DNA from: Eubacteriales bacterium
GTDB taxonomy: Bacteria > Bacillota > Clostridia > Oscillospirales > CAG-272
Assembly: GCA_045586845.1 (NCBI GenBank)
Contig: JAZNBB010000079.1
Coordinates: forward strand, 1,180-65,179
Direction of reading: 5' to 3'
Length of the DNA stretch: 64,000 nucleotides
A model generated the notes under the pieces. The model searched no databases. It was not told the DNA's origin and was given only the letters and a program-made list of their open reading frames with translations. Within the stretch, counting starts at the first letter, position 1, and each line of letters starts with the position of its first letter. The position numbers and the translations under genes are program-made. This document shows positions 44,912-55,376 of the stretch, in pieces.

Positions 44912-47299
44912 TCACCTCGCAGCTTTCTTATAGCGGCGCAGCTTGATTTTTCCCTTGGATACGTTCCAGAAGATGTTGGCAATAACGGGGGGCGCGCCAT
45001 ATTTGCGGTAAAGCAGATAGATAAGCCCTGCTACCAGTCCGAGTACAGCGATGATGGATACGGCAATGATGATCCATTCATAGAACTGCACACCGGATTT
45101 ACCGTACGTTTCCACGCGATCAAGCAGCAAGGTACAGCTACCGTTTTCATCGAGCTCGGGAACCTTGATCTGTACCGACACGGTGATGGGATCGTCACCG
45201 TCCACCAATGCGGTAAATTCGGAAACGTCAAAGTAGACGGTCTGCCAAGTATTTGCGGCAAGCTCGGTCACATCCTCGTAAACCACGGCGCCGTCACCCG
45301 CGGAAAGTGTCTTGCTGCCCTGCTTGGAAAGGCGCAGCTTGATGCTTACCGGAGCTTGGGTATCCACGTCAGCGCACATGGTCAGCGCAAGTGACTTGAC
45401 CCCCTTGATCTCAGAGCCCTGCAGCGCGGTATTGGAAATACCCATATATGCAGCGGGCTGTGTGCGGTCAAGGCGAACACCCAAAACGGGATATGCCTGT
45501 TCTCCCATTGCAACGGGCTGTTTGACCAGCTCCAGATATGCGACGCTGTCATCCGGAGTAAATCCGTTGGTCGAGCCGTCGGTAAAGCTGAACAGCAAGT
45601 GGCTCTTGCCGGAAGGCTTTTCCATAGTGTCCGCACCCATGATGAACTGTCTGGTGGCAGCCTTATTCTTTTGTGCGTCGTAAAGCGTGCTCCAACCGGG
45701 GATCATAGAAGGGATGCCCACGGCGTTCAGTTGAGATACGTCCTTTGTATCAATGGTCATGAATATGTTGTAAAGTGCGCGACGCTCGGTTATAAGCCCC
45801 TTGTCGGTTGCCCACAGACCGGAACCGGGGATCAAGCTTTGGTCATCGGTATGGGCAGAGTAGATCAGCGCGTCCACGTTGCCGTTTTCCAGCACCTTGT
45901 AATACGCGTAGGCATAAGATGCTGCCTGTACGTTTGGGTCCTCAAAGGGAGCAATTTCAAAATCGCTGATAACGATATGGCGACGCTGACCGTCAAAGTA
46001 GTGATCGGATTGTGAGATCCACATGAAATCGGAGAAGTGTGCGGGGGAAAGGGTCTGGGGACTTGCGTGCTCGTCCGACCAGAGTGGATCCTTGCTGTTG
46101 TAATGATATGCCGAAATTGCCACATTCCAGTCAAAATCACCGCACATTTGGGCATCCACATCAAACTGGTCAAGAAAATGGTGGGTGGTCCAATCTGCCT
46201 TGGTGGCAAGTTTGCTGGTATCGGATAAGTTGTTGCTGACAGAGATATAGACTCTGCCGTTTGCGTAGTGGGATTTGAGCGTGGAGTGAGCAAGACGCAC
46301 GAGTGCGTGATAGCGGGAAACGTAGGTGCCGAACTCGGGAGATCCTGCGTTGTTGTTGGAGCTGGACTCGTTGACGCTGCGGCCGATGATCAGCGCACCG
46401 CAAAAGCCGTGCTCGCCTGCGGGATCGGTATAGCGTGCTGTGATAAAGTCAAGAAATCCTGCCATCAGGGAAGCACTCTTGTCGTCGTCCATCCAGATCG
46501 CCCAGGTGCGGTCTCCCTTGGTCGCTGCGCCCTCTGCATACAGGCAGGAGACCAACGCGTTTGCCTTTTCGGGAGAGGTGTGCATACGCAGTCTGAAATA
46601 CACAATGCTGCCCTGTGCGGTGGCTTCGGTCACCTGCTTGTCCAGTTCATTCAGCATACCGCGGTCCAGATAATAGGTCTGACCGTCATACACATAGGAG
46701 TGTGCGCTGTCGGAATATCCGTCCAGGATAAGCACCGAGGGGTCCAGCTCAATGACCGTATGCGCCACGCCCAGGTATGCTGCGTCCGAGGAGATGGCGG
46801 TATGCAGACCCTTGATCGAGGCTGAGGTGGGGAATTCCGATTTATTTTCTGCCAGATCGGATACGTTGGAAACGTAAACGGGCGCTGTCTGCAGAACGTA
46901 GGATTTAAGTGTTTTATTATAGACCGCGACAGCAAAAGCGCAGTGCAAACGGGAGTGCGCCTGCAGGTTGCCGTCTGCGTACAGATCCACCGTAAACTTG
47001 GGAGAGGTGGACATACCGGTCTCTGCTATAGGCTGCTTGCCTGCAGCGGTAACTGTAGTGTCGCCCGGTTCAAGCGCCATCAGATAAAGCTTTTGATTGT
47101 AAATATCCGAGCTCTTGATGCTTTCAAGGTCCGCCTCGGTCAGCACAGCCTTGACAGAGATCTCAGTACCCTTTTTGTTGACCTTGACCTCGGTCACGGC
47201 GCTTTCTGTCACCTCGGCTTTATCGCCGCAGGCAACAAGCACACCAAGGCAAAGCAAAACTGTCAGAAGGGCGCATACGATTGACAACAATCTTTTCAT
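44912..47299 (-). CDS. Large lipoprotein with additional C-terminal TM anchor; central TIM-barrel glycosidase-like (DUF5722-like?) region
   Basis: The ATG at 47299 (RBS GGAGGA) gives MKRLLSIVCALLTVLLCLGVLVAC, with lipobox LVAC. The C-terminus has a TM helix WIIIAVSIIAVLGLVAGLIYLLY followed by a basic tail. The catalytic-domain assignment rests on recollection only. Confidence 0.6.
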   Translation of the reverse strand: MKRLLSIVCALLTVLLCLGVLVACGDKAEVTESAVTEVKVNKKGTEISVKAVLTEADLESIKSSDIYNQKLYLMALEPGDTTVTAAGKQPIAETGMSTSPKFTVDLYADGNLQAHSRLHCAFAVAVYNKTLKSYVLQTAPVYVSNVSDLAENKSEFPTSASIKGLHTAISSDAAYLGVAHTVIELDPSVLILDGYSDSAHSYVYDGQTYYLDRGMLNELDKQVTEATAQGSIVYFRLRMHTSPEKANALVSCLYAEGAATKGDRTWAIWMDDDKSASLMAGFLDFITARYTDPAGEHGFCGALIIGRSVNESSSNNNAGSPEFGTYVSRYHALVRLAHSTLKSHYANGRVYISVSNNLSDTSKLATKADWTTHHFLDQFDVDAQMCGDFDWNVAISAYHYNSKDPLWSDEHASPQTLSPAHFSDFMWISQSDHYFDGQRRHIVISDFEIAPFEDPNVQAASYAYAYYKVLENGNVDALIYSAHTDDQSLIPGSGLWATDKGLITERRALYNIFMTIDTKDVSQLNAVGIPSMIPGWSTLYDAQKNKAATRQFIMGADTMEKPSGKSHLLFSFTDGSTNGFTPDDSVAYLELVKQPVAMGEQAYPVLGVRLDRTQPAAYMGISNTALQGSEIKGVKSLALTMCADVDTQAPVSIKLRLSKQGSKTLSAGDGAVVYEDVTELAANTWQTVYFDVSEFTALVDGDDPITVSVQIKVPELDENGSCTLLLDRVETYGKSGVQFYEWIIIAVSIIAVLGLVAGLIYLLYRKYGAPPVIANIFWNVSKGKIKLRRYKKAAR

Positions 47300-47321
47300 A
47301 ACATCCTCCGTTACGGAAATT

Positions 47322-48539
47322 TTATTCATGATAAATTCTGGGGACGCGTGCGGTCACCAAGCAGGGAATTTCATAAGCGATAGAGCCTGCGTGACGGGCA
47401 AGCGAGGCAAGCGATTGCACGTCGTTGCCGAACAGCGTCACGGTGTCACCGGGGCGGCAGGGAATACCCGTTACGTCGACCATGCAAAGGTCCATGCAGA
47501 TCCTGCCAACCAAGGGAACGGCAAAGTTACCGTCCGCAGTATGCACGGTCACGTTGGTGTCGGCGTAAGCACGCAGCCAGCCGTCGGCATATCCCGCAGA
47601 GAGCGTGGCGATGGTGCGATCGCGGTCACTTCGGTAGAGTGCGCCGTAGCCTACGGGCTCCCCTGCGGCGACAGTGTGCGTTTCAATCACGCGGGTCTGC
47701 AGACGCATGACGGGGCGCAGCTCTTGGGCAGGAAAAAGATTGCAATCGGGATTTTTGTCGAGTTCCGGGGGAATAACGGGAGCAACGCCGAACAAAAGCG
47801 CACCCAGTCGCACGCCGCCGAGATAGGTTTCGGGATATCTCATGCAGCCGGGACTGTTGCAAGCATGGCAGACCTCGGGGCATTTGCCTCTTTGCGCAAG
47901 CCCCTCCTTGACCCAAAGAAATCGTTGCCATTGCTCATAGCAGAAATTACCGCAGTCTGCATCGGAAAGGTGGGTGAACAACCCTTTTACTCGAAAGGCG
48001 TCATATGTATCCTGCAGGGTGCAGATCGCTTCCACGGTTTCTGCTGCCTGCTTGGATGTAAAGGCGGGATAGCCGATGCGGTGCATACCGGTATCCACCT
48101 TGACGTGTACGTTGATTTTTATGCCCGCATTTTTGGCTGCGGTGTGCAATTCGCTTGCATATTCGGGGGAATAGAGCGTTTGCGTCATGTCGAATTTTCG
48201 TAAAAGCTCCACGTGTGCAGGGGCGGTGTAGCCAAGGATAAGAATTTCCGCTCTTTCTTTGGCTATATCGGCAAGCGCATAGCGAATGGCAATGCCTTCC
48301 TCGGCGCAAGCCACCGCAAAATGGCGGCAGCCCGCTGCGTACAGCGCACGCGCACAAGGACCGATACCGTGTCCGTATGCGTCTGCTTTGATGACTGCAA
48401 CGGCAGGCGTGTCGGGATTTTGTTTTTGTATGTAATCGCGTGAAACGATGTAATTATGGACAAGGGCGTCCAAGTCGATATGTGCCCACACGCGGCGATT
48501 TTCGACGGTTGCGGGCAGAATTTCATCTATATGCTTCAC
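47322..48539 (-). CDS. alr: Alanine racemase
   Basis: The PLP-lysine motif is VAVIKADAYGHG. The protein is 405 aa. The start is a GTG with RBS AGGAGG. Confidence 0.9.
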   Translation of the reverse strand: MKHIDEILPATVENRRVWAHIDLDALVHNYIVSRDYIQKQNPDTPAVAVIKADAYGHGIGPCARALYAAGCRHFAVACAEEGIAIRYALADIAKERAEILILGYTAPAHVELLRKFDMTQTLYSPEYASELHTAAKNAGIKINVHVKVDTGMHRIGYPAFTSKQAAETVEAICTLQDTYDAFRVKGLFTHLSDADCGNFCYEQWQRFLWVKEGLAQRGKCPEVCHACNSPGCMRYPETYLGGVRLGALLFGVAPVIPPELDKNPDCNLFPAQELRPVMRLQTRVIETHTVAAGEPVGYGALYRSDRDRTIATLSAGYADGWLRAYADTNVTVHTADGNFAVPLVGRICMDLCMVDVTGIPCRPGDTVTLFGNDVQSLASLARHAGSIAYEIPCLVTARVPRIYHE

Positions 48540-48710
48540 AGAGCGTGTGCCTCCTGTAATGAACTATTTTTAGTATATCACAACAAGACAAATATTGCAA
48601 CATGTCCGCGTTAAGTTTTTTTGATTTTTTACGTAGAGGGCTGACCCTCCCCTACAACAAACCCGTAAAATGATCATGTAAGGGAGAAGCTGCCCACTAT
48701 ATGCTTGGTC

Positions 48711-48739
48711 TTGACACTCGCCGCTCCGTGTGCTATAAT
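48711..48739 (+). promoter_or_regulatory. Consensus sigma-A promoter
   Basis: TTGACA, a 17-nt spacer, then TATAAT. This is an exact consensus. Confidence 0.7.
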
Positions 48740-48773
48740 AAAGCAACAAATTCCCTTAAAAAGGAGAAAAGTT

Positions 48774-49376
48774 ATGTTAGAAGAAAATCAATTAAGCATC
48801 GTTGTATTGCTGATCTACGCTATATTTTTTGCGATCATGTGGCTGATCGCCATGATCCCCGCCGTCATCAATGCCATCGGTCTTGCGCGTATCTGCAATA
48901 AGCTGGGTGCATTCAAGCCGGTTTGGTGCTGGGTGTGGGCACTCGTCTTTCCTGCGGTTGCCGTACTGCGCGCGGGGGATATCGCTGCCGAAAGGGAAAA
49001 TCCGTTTGGCAGCCGCAGACATTTCGAAACCGGTGTTACGTCAGTGATTGTATTTGCCGTACTGATAGTACTTGCGTTTGGCTTCGGACTCATGACTGCC
49101 TTTTCATCCGAGACGCCCGAGCACAGTGTGATCACCATGCTGTTCGCGCTCGTAATGATCGTGCTGCTCATAGCGGCTATCGCAGTTTCCGTCTGGATGA
49201 CGGTACTGCTGTACATCTCGTATTTCCGCATTTTCAAGTTATACGTGCCCGCGTGGGGCGCGTGGCTGATGCTGGCGGGCATGATCATACTGTCCGAATT
49301 TTCATTCCTCGTTTTGCCCGTGCTCAGCTTTTTGCCTATGAAAGAGCATACCGCCGAGCAAGCGGAGCCGGTTTGA
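48774..49376 (+). CDS. Polytopic membrane protein of unknown function
   Basis: The ATG at 48774 is preceded by RBS AAGGAG. The product is about 200 aa with about 5 predicted TM helices. I recognised no motif. Confidence 0.6.
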   Translation: MLEENQLSIVVLLIYAIFFAIMWLIAMIPAVINAIGLARICNKLGAFKPVWCWVWALVFPAVAVLRAGDIAAERENPFGSRRHFETGVTSVIVFAVLIVLAFGFGLMTAFSSETPEHSVITMLFALVMIVLLIAAIAVSVWMTVLLYISYFRIFKLYVPAWGAWLMLAGMIILSEFSFLVLPVLSFLPMKEHTAEQAEPV

Positions 49377-49401
49377 TCTGTATCTTGAATAATTACAAAC
49401 C

Positions 49402-49435
49402 AAAAGCCCAAGGACACGTGTCCTTGGGCTTTTTT
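49402..49435. terminator. Bidirectional terminator
   Basis: AAAA-GCCCAAGGACAC/GTGTCCTTGGGC-TTTTTT, a perfect 12-bp palindrome. Confidence 0.85.
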
Positions 49436-49452
49436 CTACCTTATTACAAAGT

Positions 49453-51536
49453 TTATAGCGAGAACGGATTGTCGTTGTCTTTGTGATGGTCCTCGTCCTC
49501 GTCCTTTTTTTCATCCTCGATGGGCTGTGCGTAGGGGAAGGGACTTTCATTCGCCTTTTCCTCTGCCACGCGGCGTGCGCGCTCCTGCTCATCTTGCTCT
49601 TTTTGCTCGTTTGCTTCGCGGCTCTTGCGCTGACGCTCCTCTGCAATCTGCAAAAGTTCCTGTTCGCCTGCACCTCTGTCCATCAAAGCGGTAAACTGTT
49701 CACCGTCCATGACCTCGTGCTTGACAAGGAAATCTGCCACTGCGTGCAGCTTATCAAGGTTGTCGGTCAGAATGGTCTGCGCCACGGCATACGACTCGTT
49801 GATGATCTTGCTGATCTCCTCGTCGATCACGGCGGCTGTCTTGCCGGAGTAGTTAGGCGCGCCCGAGATGCTTCTGCCAAGGAAGACCTCGCCGTCGCCC
49901 GATCCGTAGTGAATGGGACCCAGGACGTCACTCATACCAAGTTCGGTAACCATGCGGCGTGCAATGCTTGTCGCTCTTTGAATATCGTTGGAAGCGCCGC
50001 CCGAAAAGTCACCGTTAATGATCTGCTCGGCAACTCTGCCGCCCAGCATCATGGCGATCTTTTGCTTGAGCTCCTCACGGTAAACGCTGAATCTGTCCTC
50101 TGTGGGAGGGTTGAGCGTATATCCCAGGGCATCGCCGCTGGGAATGACCGAGATCAGCTGGACAGGGTCAACGCGATCCAGCTTATGTGCTACGATGGCG
50201 TGACCTGCTTCGTGGTAAGCGGTTTTGCGCAGATCTTCGGGCTTGATCTTTCTGCTCTTTTTCTGAGGTCCGGTGATGATGCGCAGGTATGCGTCATCGA
50301 TCTCGTCCATGCCAACAAGCGCTTTGTTGCGGCGTGCTGCCAAAAGGGCGGCTTCGTTGAGCAGGTTAGCGAGATCCGCGCCTGTAAAGCCGACTGTGCT
50401 TCTTGCCACACGGGCAAGATCCACGCTCTCCTCTAAGGGCTTGTTCTTGGCGTGCACCTTGAGAATATCCTCTCTGCCTTGCAGGTCGGGATAGTTGACC
50501 GTGATCTGACGGTCAAAACGACCGGGACGCAGCAGCGCGGGGTCAAGAATATCGGGGCGGTTGGTGGCTGCGATGACGATAATGCCCTCGTGCGATCCGA
50601 AGCCGTCCATTTCAACCTCAGCTGGTTGAGCGTTTGCTCACGCTCGTCGTGACCGCCGCCCAAGCCTGCGCCTCTGTGGCGACCCACTGCGTCGATCTCA
50701 TCGATAAAGATGATGGATGCGGGGGCTTTGCGCGCGTTTTCAAACAGATCGCGCACACGCGATGCACCTACGCCGACGTACATTTCCACAAAATCCGAAC
50801 CCGAGATCGAGAAGAAGGGAACGCCTGCCTCACCGGCAACCGCCTTTGCAAGCAGGGTCTTACCCGTACCGGGAGGGCCCATGAGCAGAACGCCGTGGGG
50901 GATCTTTGCGCCAAGGCGGGAGAACTTGCCGGGAGCCTTGAGGAACTCCACGATCTCCTGCAGCTCCTGCTTTTCCTCATCTGCACCCGCTACGTCCTTG
51001 AAGCGGACCTTGTTTTTATCATCCGGCACGGGCGTTTTGACGCGCGCCTTGCCGAAGTTGTTGATCTTGTTGCCCTCGCTGCTGGCGCGCTTCATGGCTA
51101 CAAAGTAGAACACAATAAAGACCACGATAATGAGCGCAAAGGGGATAAAGGAGACCCATGCAGGCATTACCACTACGGGCTGGTTGATCACCTCTTCGAT
51201 CAAGCCAAGCTCGGAGAGCTCAACGATCTTGGGGCCAAGATCGCGCTGGAAGTACTCCATATCTGCGATCTCGTAGCGATAGGTTTTTTCATCGTATGTG
51301 GTGTAAGTCAAGGTATTGCGCTTAAAGCTGATGACACAGCTCTTGATGCCGGTATCGGCAATGCCGTCGCCGTCGGTATCTGCGGTGTCGGCAAACGCCT
51401 CGATGACTTCCTGATAGTTCTCAACATCGATGATCTGCTGCTTGTTGCCGTTGCCGCCGAACAGCATGACCACAACGACTGCGATCAGGGCGATAAAGAC
51501 GACATAAAACAGGATCACCTTCAAATTATTCTTCAT
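49453..51536 (-). pseudogene. ftsH: ATP-dependent zinc metalloprotease FtsH, reading frame broken by a 1-nt deletion (or sequence error) at 50617..50618
   Basis: The N-terminal ORF carries a TM, Walker [14 protein letters not shown] and ...[14 protein letters not shown]. The C-terminal ORF starts (VE)[34 protein letters not shown] and carries HEAGHA. Only 2 nt (AG) lie between the codons for L and V, where one whole codon is expected. Confidence 0.9.
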
Positions 51537-51582
51537 GCATAACCTCCGTTGTGGCGCGCGTATCGCGCCGCAGTACAATGTA

Positions 51583-52131
51583 TTAGGAGTAGATCTCCGG
51601 TTTCAGAACGCCCACAAAGGGCAGATTTCTGTATTTTTCGTTATAATCCAGACCAAAACCAACCACGAACTCGTTGGGAATGGTCGTGCCGCAGTAATCG
51701 GGAACAAAGTCCACCTCACGGCGTTCGGGCTTATCGAGCAAGGTGCAGGTTTTGACACTGCCAACCAATCTGTGCTCGAAAAGCTGGGTCAAGCGTGCAA
51801 GCGTTCTGCCGCTGTCCACGATGTCCTCGATAATCAAGAGGTCGCAGTCGGGCAGATCGTCGCGCAAAAGGTCTGTGTGAATACGGATCTCTCCCGAGCT
51901 CTTGGTGCCTGCGCCGTATGAGGAGACCTTCATGACCTCAATCTCCAGCGGCAACGTGATGCGTTTCATCAGCTCGGTGGCAAAGGGGATAGATCCCTTG
52001 AGAATAACCACGAAAACCAGCTTGCGCTGCGAGTCGCGGTAATCGCGCGTGATCTGCTCGGCAAGGTCGTCGATGATATCGGCAAGCCGCTGCTCGTCGA
52101 TCAGGATCTTTTCAATATCATTCTTTATCAT
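51583..52131 (-). CDS. hpt: Hypoxanthine-guanine phosphoribosyltransferase
   Basis: The PRPP-binding motif is [15 protein letters not shown] prefer the ATG at 52131 (RBS AAAGGGG) over the TTG that opens the ORF at 52152. Confidence 0.9.
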   Translation of the reverse strand: MIKNDIEKILIDEQRLADIIDDLAEQITRDYRDSQRKLVFVVILKGSIPFATELMKRITLPLEIEVMKVSSYGAGTKSSGEIRIHTDLLRDDLPDCDLLIIEDIVDSGRTLARLTQLFEHRLVGSVKTCTLLDKPERREVDFVPDYCGTTIPNEFVVGFGLDYNEKYRNLPFVGVLKPEIYS

Positions 52132-52148
52132 GGTATGCCCCTTTTCAT

Positions 52149-53549
52149 TCAAGTATCAAATTGTTTTCTCAAATAGATGCGAACACAAAGCGAATCTTGG
52201 TCGTCGTGCGCATTGCAGCCGTCGCGCAGGCAGATGCCGGGCACGGCGAGCACGCCGTCCTCATCACAAAGCAGCGGGAGCTGCGGGCGCAGGTAAAGCG
52301 GTACGCCGCTCTGTCCGTACAGCTTGCGGACTCTCTTGTGCATCCCGCCGTGCAGGATGCGGTCACCCTTGTGCATGGGGCGCAAAAAAATCCGTCCTTT
52401 TATTGTATCAAATCTTACTTGCAGTTCTGTATATAAATTGTAAACATTTGTGACTTGTTTGGTGACGGTTTCTTGATTTTCTTCAAATGAAGCCCAAATT
52501 GCCACGTCCGTTTCCGCAATTTCCATAAAACCGTGCTCTAAAGGCAGGCAATATTCGGGCGGCTCGATTGTATGCTCGGGCGCGATGCGCAGCGCATCCC
52601 GGTCAATTTCCGCACAGATACTGCCGGGCAGACTGATGCTGCCGGGCGCGCCCGTACACACGCGTGTATAGATCGCGTCCAAGTGCACCGCTTCCGCCAT
52701 AGCATCTTTGCAAGCGTCTGCGTAAAGGCGGCAGATCAACCGCTTGGCGATAGCTGCCGGCTGCTGTTGCAGGATCGGGAGTGGGAGTGCACTTCCTTGT
52801 GCGTGCGTGCGGAACAGCGTATCCGCAAGACTGTCAAGTGCGTCGCAATCCTCGGCGGCACAACGGCAAAGCCTTGCCGCTGCACGTTGCGGATGTGCAA
52901 AAAGCTTTTCCAGCTCGGGTACCACGCGGCATCTGATGCGGTTGCGCGTATAGTCAAGACAGGTGTTGGTCGCATCGGTCACGTAGTCAATGCCAAGCGA
53001 GGCGCAAGCGTCCAATATTTCTTGCTTTGTCAAGTGCAACAGCGGTCTGTATACGCAAAGATGCTCGTCCTCTGCCGTACAGGGCAGCTTTGCAAGGGAG
53101 GGAATACCGCGTATCCCCTGCGTGCCCGTACCGCGGCACAGACGAAAGAGCAGCGTTTCAAGATTATCGTCGGCATGGTGTGCGGTAGCAAGCAGCGGGA
53201 TATCGTGCTTGCGCATCAGACGCGCAAAGTGACGGTATCGCGCCTCTCTTGCGGCTGTTTCAAGGCTTTTCCCACTCTTTTTTGCAAGTAAGGGTGCGTT
53301 GATCTTTACCGCAAACAAAGGGATCCGCAGGTCTTTGCAGGTCTGCCTGCAAAATGTCAGATCTGCGTCTGCTTCTTGTCCGCGAATACCATGATGCACG
53401 TGCACAGCGTAAAGCTTTACGCCCGCGCGATGCAACAGGTGCAAAAGCAGCGTGGAGTCCGCACCGCCCGAAAAGGCAACAAGTACGGGGGTGTTCTGCG
53501 CATAGTTTTCGGGGAGGCGCAAGGTCAGCTTATCCATGACCCTGGTCAT
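52149..53549 (-). CDS. tilS: tRNA(Ile)-lysidine synthase
   Basis: The PP-loop motif VAFSGGADS is present. The protein is 466 aa. The conserved tilS-hpt-ftsH order is kept. The start could be 53549 or 53537. Confidence 0.9.
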   Translation of the reverse strand: MTRVMDKLTLRLPENYAQNTPVLVAFSGGADSTLLLHLLHRAGVKLYAVHVHHGIRGQEADADLTFCRQTCKDLRIPLFAVKINAPLLAKKSGKSLETAAREARYRHFARLMRKHDIPLLATAHHADDNLETLLFRLCRGTGTQGIRGIPSLAKLPCTAEDEHLCVYRPLLHLTKQEILDACASLGIDYVTDATNTCLDYTRNRIRCRVVPELEKLFAHPQRAAARLCRCAAEDCDALDSLADTLFRTHAQGSALPLPILQQQPAAIAKRLICRLYADACKDAMAEAVHLDAIYTRVCTGAPGSISLPGSICAEIDRDALRIAPEHTIEPPEYCLPLEHGFMEIAETDVAIWASFEENQETVTKQVTNVYNLYTELQVRFDTIKGRIFLRPMHKGDRILHGGMHKRVRKLYGQSGVPLYLRPQLPLLCDEDGVLAVPGICLRDGCNAHDDQDSLCVRIYLRKQFDT

Positions 53550-54867
53550 CCGTAATGGTGCGGAATTTGGTGTATCTGCCCACCCAACCCATTTTGACCG
53601 TGTTGGTGGAGCCGTGACGGTTCTTTGCTACGATGACTTCGGCAGTGGAGTCCTCGGGGGCTTCCTCTCCTGTTTTGTAGTATTCGTCGCGGTACAGGAA
53701 AATAACGACGTCGGCATCCTGCTCGATCGCACCCGAGTCACGCAGGTCGGAAAGCATGGGCTTTTTATCTGTTCTGCCCTCCGGACCACGGGAGAGCTGC
53801 GCACAGCAAATGACCGGAACCATCAGTTCCTTTGCCATGATTTTGAGCGCACGGGAAATGTCCGCGACCTCTTGGGTACGGTTTTCGATCTTGCGGTCGG
53901 ATTGCATGAGCTGCAGGTAGTCGATAACCACCAAGCCAAGATTATCCACGCGGCGCAGCTTTGCCTTCATGGCGGTGACAGACAGACCCGATGTGTCGTC
54001 GATCAGTACGTCGCATTTGGCAAGGTGAGAGGTCGCCTCGGCGATCTTGCGCCAGTCGTCGGTGGAGAGTTCGCCCGTACGCAGCGTGTAGCTGTCCACC
54101 AGCGCCTCACTGGAGATCACGCGGTTGACAAGCTGGTCAGCCGACATTTCCAAGGAGAAGATGGCAACCTTTTTGCCCGTCTGCGACGCTACGTTGGTGG
54201 CAATGTTCAGACAGAAGGATGTCTTACCCATACCGGGACGCGCGCCGACCAGGATCAGGTCGGATTTACCCATGCCCGCCAGTACGCGGTCAAGTCCCGA
54301 GAAGCCCGTCGCCGTGCCCTGTGCGGCGTTTTTGTTGTCCTTGAGCTCGTGCAGGTGGGCGTAAACGTCGCCGATGACCTCACGGATATGCTTGAAATTT
54401 TTGGTGTCACGCCCTTGAGCAATCGCGTAAATGCTGTTTTGCGCGCTCTCGAGAATGCCCGCCACCGAGTCCTGCTCGGAATACGCAGCCTCAGAAATGT
54501 CGTTTGCCACCTCGATCAAGCGGCGCAGAGTGCTCTTTTCCTTGACGATGCGGGCGTAGTCCTTGACGTTGAGTGCATTGGGCACCACCTCTGCCAAAGT
54601 ACGGATGTATTCCTGACCGCCGGATTTATCGTAAATGCCTTTACGCACCAAAGTATCGATCAAGGTGACTAAGTCGATCTCGCTGTTCTGCGAGAAAAGC
54701 TCCTGAAACGCCAGATAGATCTGGCGGTGCTCCTCCAAGTAGAAATCGTCGGACGTCATCATATCGGCGATTTCGTCCAGTGCCTTGGGGTCGATCAGGA
54801 CAGAGCCGAGCAGGGATTGCTCGGCAATCAGGGAGAAGGGTAGCTTGCGTACAAGTTCCTCGCTCAT
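53530..54867 (-). CDS. dnaB: Replicative DNA helicase (DnaB family; DnaC in Bacillus nomenclature)
   Basis: The motifs LPFSLIAEQSLLGSVL, Walker A GARPGMGKTSF and IVIDYLQLM are present. RBS AAGGAGG precedes the start. Confidence 0.95.
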   Translation of the reverse strand: MSEELVRKLPFSLIAEQSLLGSVLIDPKALDEIADMMTSDDFYLEEHRQIYLAFQELFSQNSEIDLVTLIDTLVRKGIYDKSGGQEYIRTLAEVVPNALNVKDYARIVKEKSTLRRLIEVANDISEAAYSEQDSVAGILESAQNSIYAIAQGRDTKNFKHIREVIGDVYAHLHELKDNKNAAQGTATGFSGLDRVLAGMGKSDLILVGARPGMGKTSFCLNIATNVASQTGKKVAIFSLEMSADQLVNRVISSEALVDSYTLRTGELSTDDWRKIAEATSHLAKCDVLIDDTSGLSVTAMKAKLRRVDNLGLVVIDYLQLMQSDRKIENRTQEVADISRALKIMAKELMVPVICCAQLSRGPEGRTDKKPMLSDLRDSGAIEQDADVVIFLYRDEYYKTGEEAPEDSTAEVIVAKNRHGSTNTVKMGWVGRYTKFRTITDDQGHG

Positions 54868-54900
54868 AAAGACCTCCTTGAAAAATTCTGCCGCGTACGT

Positions 54901-55344
54901 TTACGCGCCGACCGTGACCTTGACGCTGCCTACGATCTCGGGGTACAGGCGCACGTCGAAATTATAAGTGCCGTAAGCCTTGATGGGATCGGGCATGACG
55001 ATCTTGCGCTTATCCACAATCACGCCGTGCTGCTTTGCCAGTGCCTCGGCAATGTCCTTGGATGTGATCGAGCCGTAGAGTCTGCCGTCCGCGCCGGCAT
55101 TGACAGAGATCCTGACTACCACCTCGGAGAGCTTGGCTGCAGTAGCGCGTGCGGCAGCCTTTTCTGTTTCGATCTTGTATTGTTTGGAGGCTTCCCTGTT
55201 CTTGACCTCGTTGATCGCCTTGTTATCGGCAACCACGGCAAGCTTTTTGGGGAAGAGAAAATTGCGTGCGTAACCGTCGGAAACGTCTACGATCTGGTCC
55301 TTTTTACCTTGACCCTTGACGTCCTGTAAAAGAAGAACTTTCAT
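54901..55344 (-). CDS. rplI: 50S ribosomal protein L9
   Basis: The N-terminus is [36 protein letters not shown]. The protein is 147 aa. Confidence 0.95.
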   Translation of the reverse strand: MKVLLLQDVKGQGKKDQIVDVSDGYARNFLFPKKLAVVADNKAINEVKNREASKQYKIETEKAAARATAAKLSEVVVRISVNAGADGRLYGSITSKDIAEALAKQHGVIVDKRKIVMPDPIKAYGTYNFDVRLYPEIVGSVKVTVGA

Positions 55345-55376
55345 GTTATATACTCCTTTGCTGTGGAAAAATCCGA

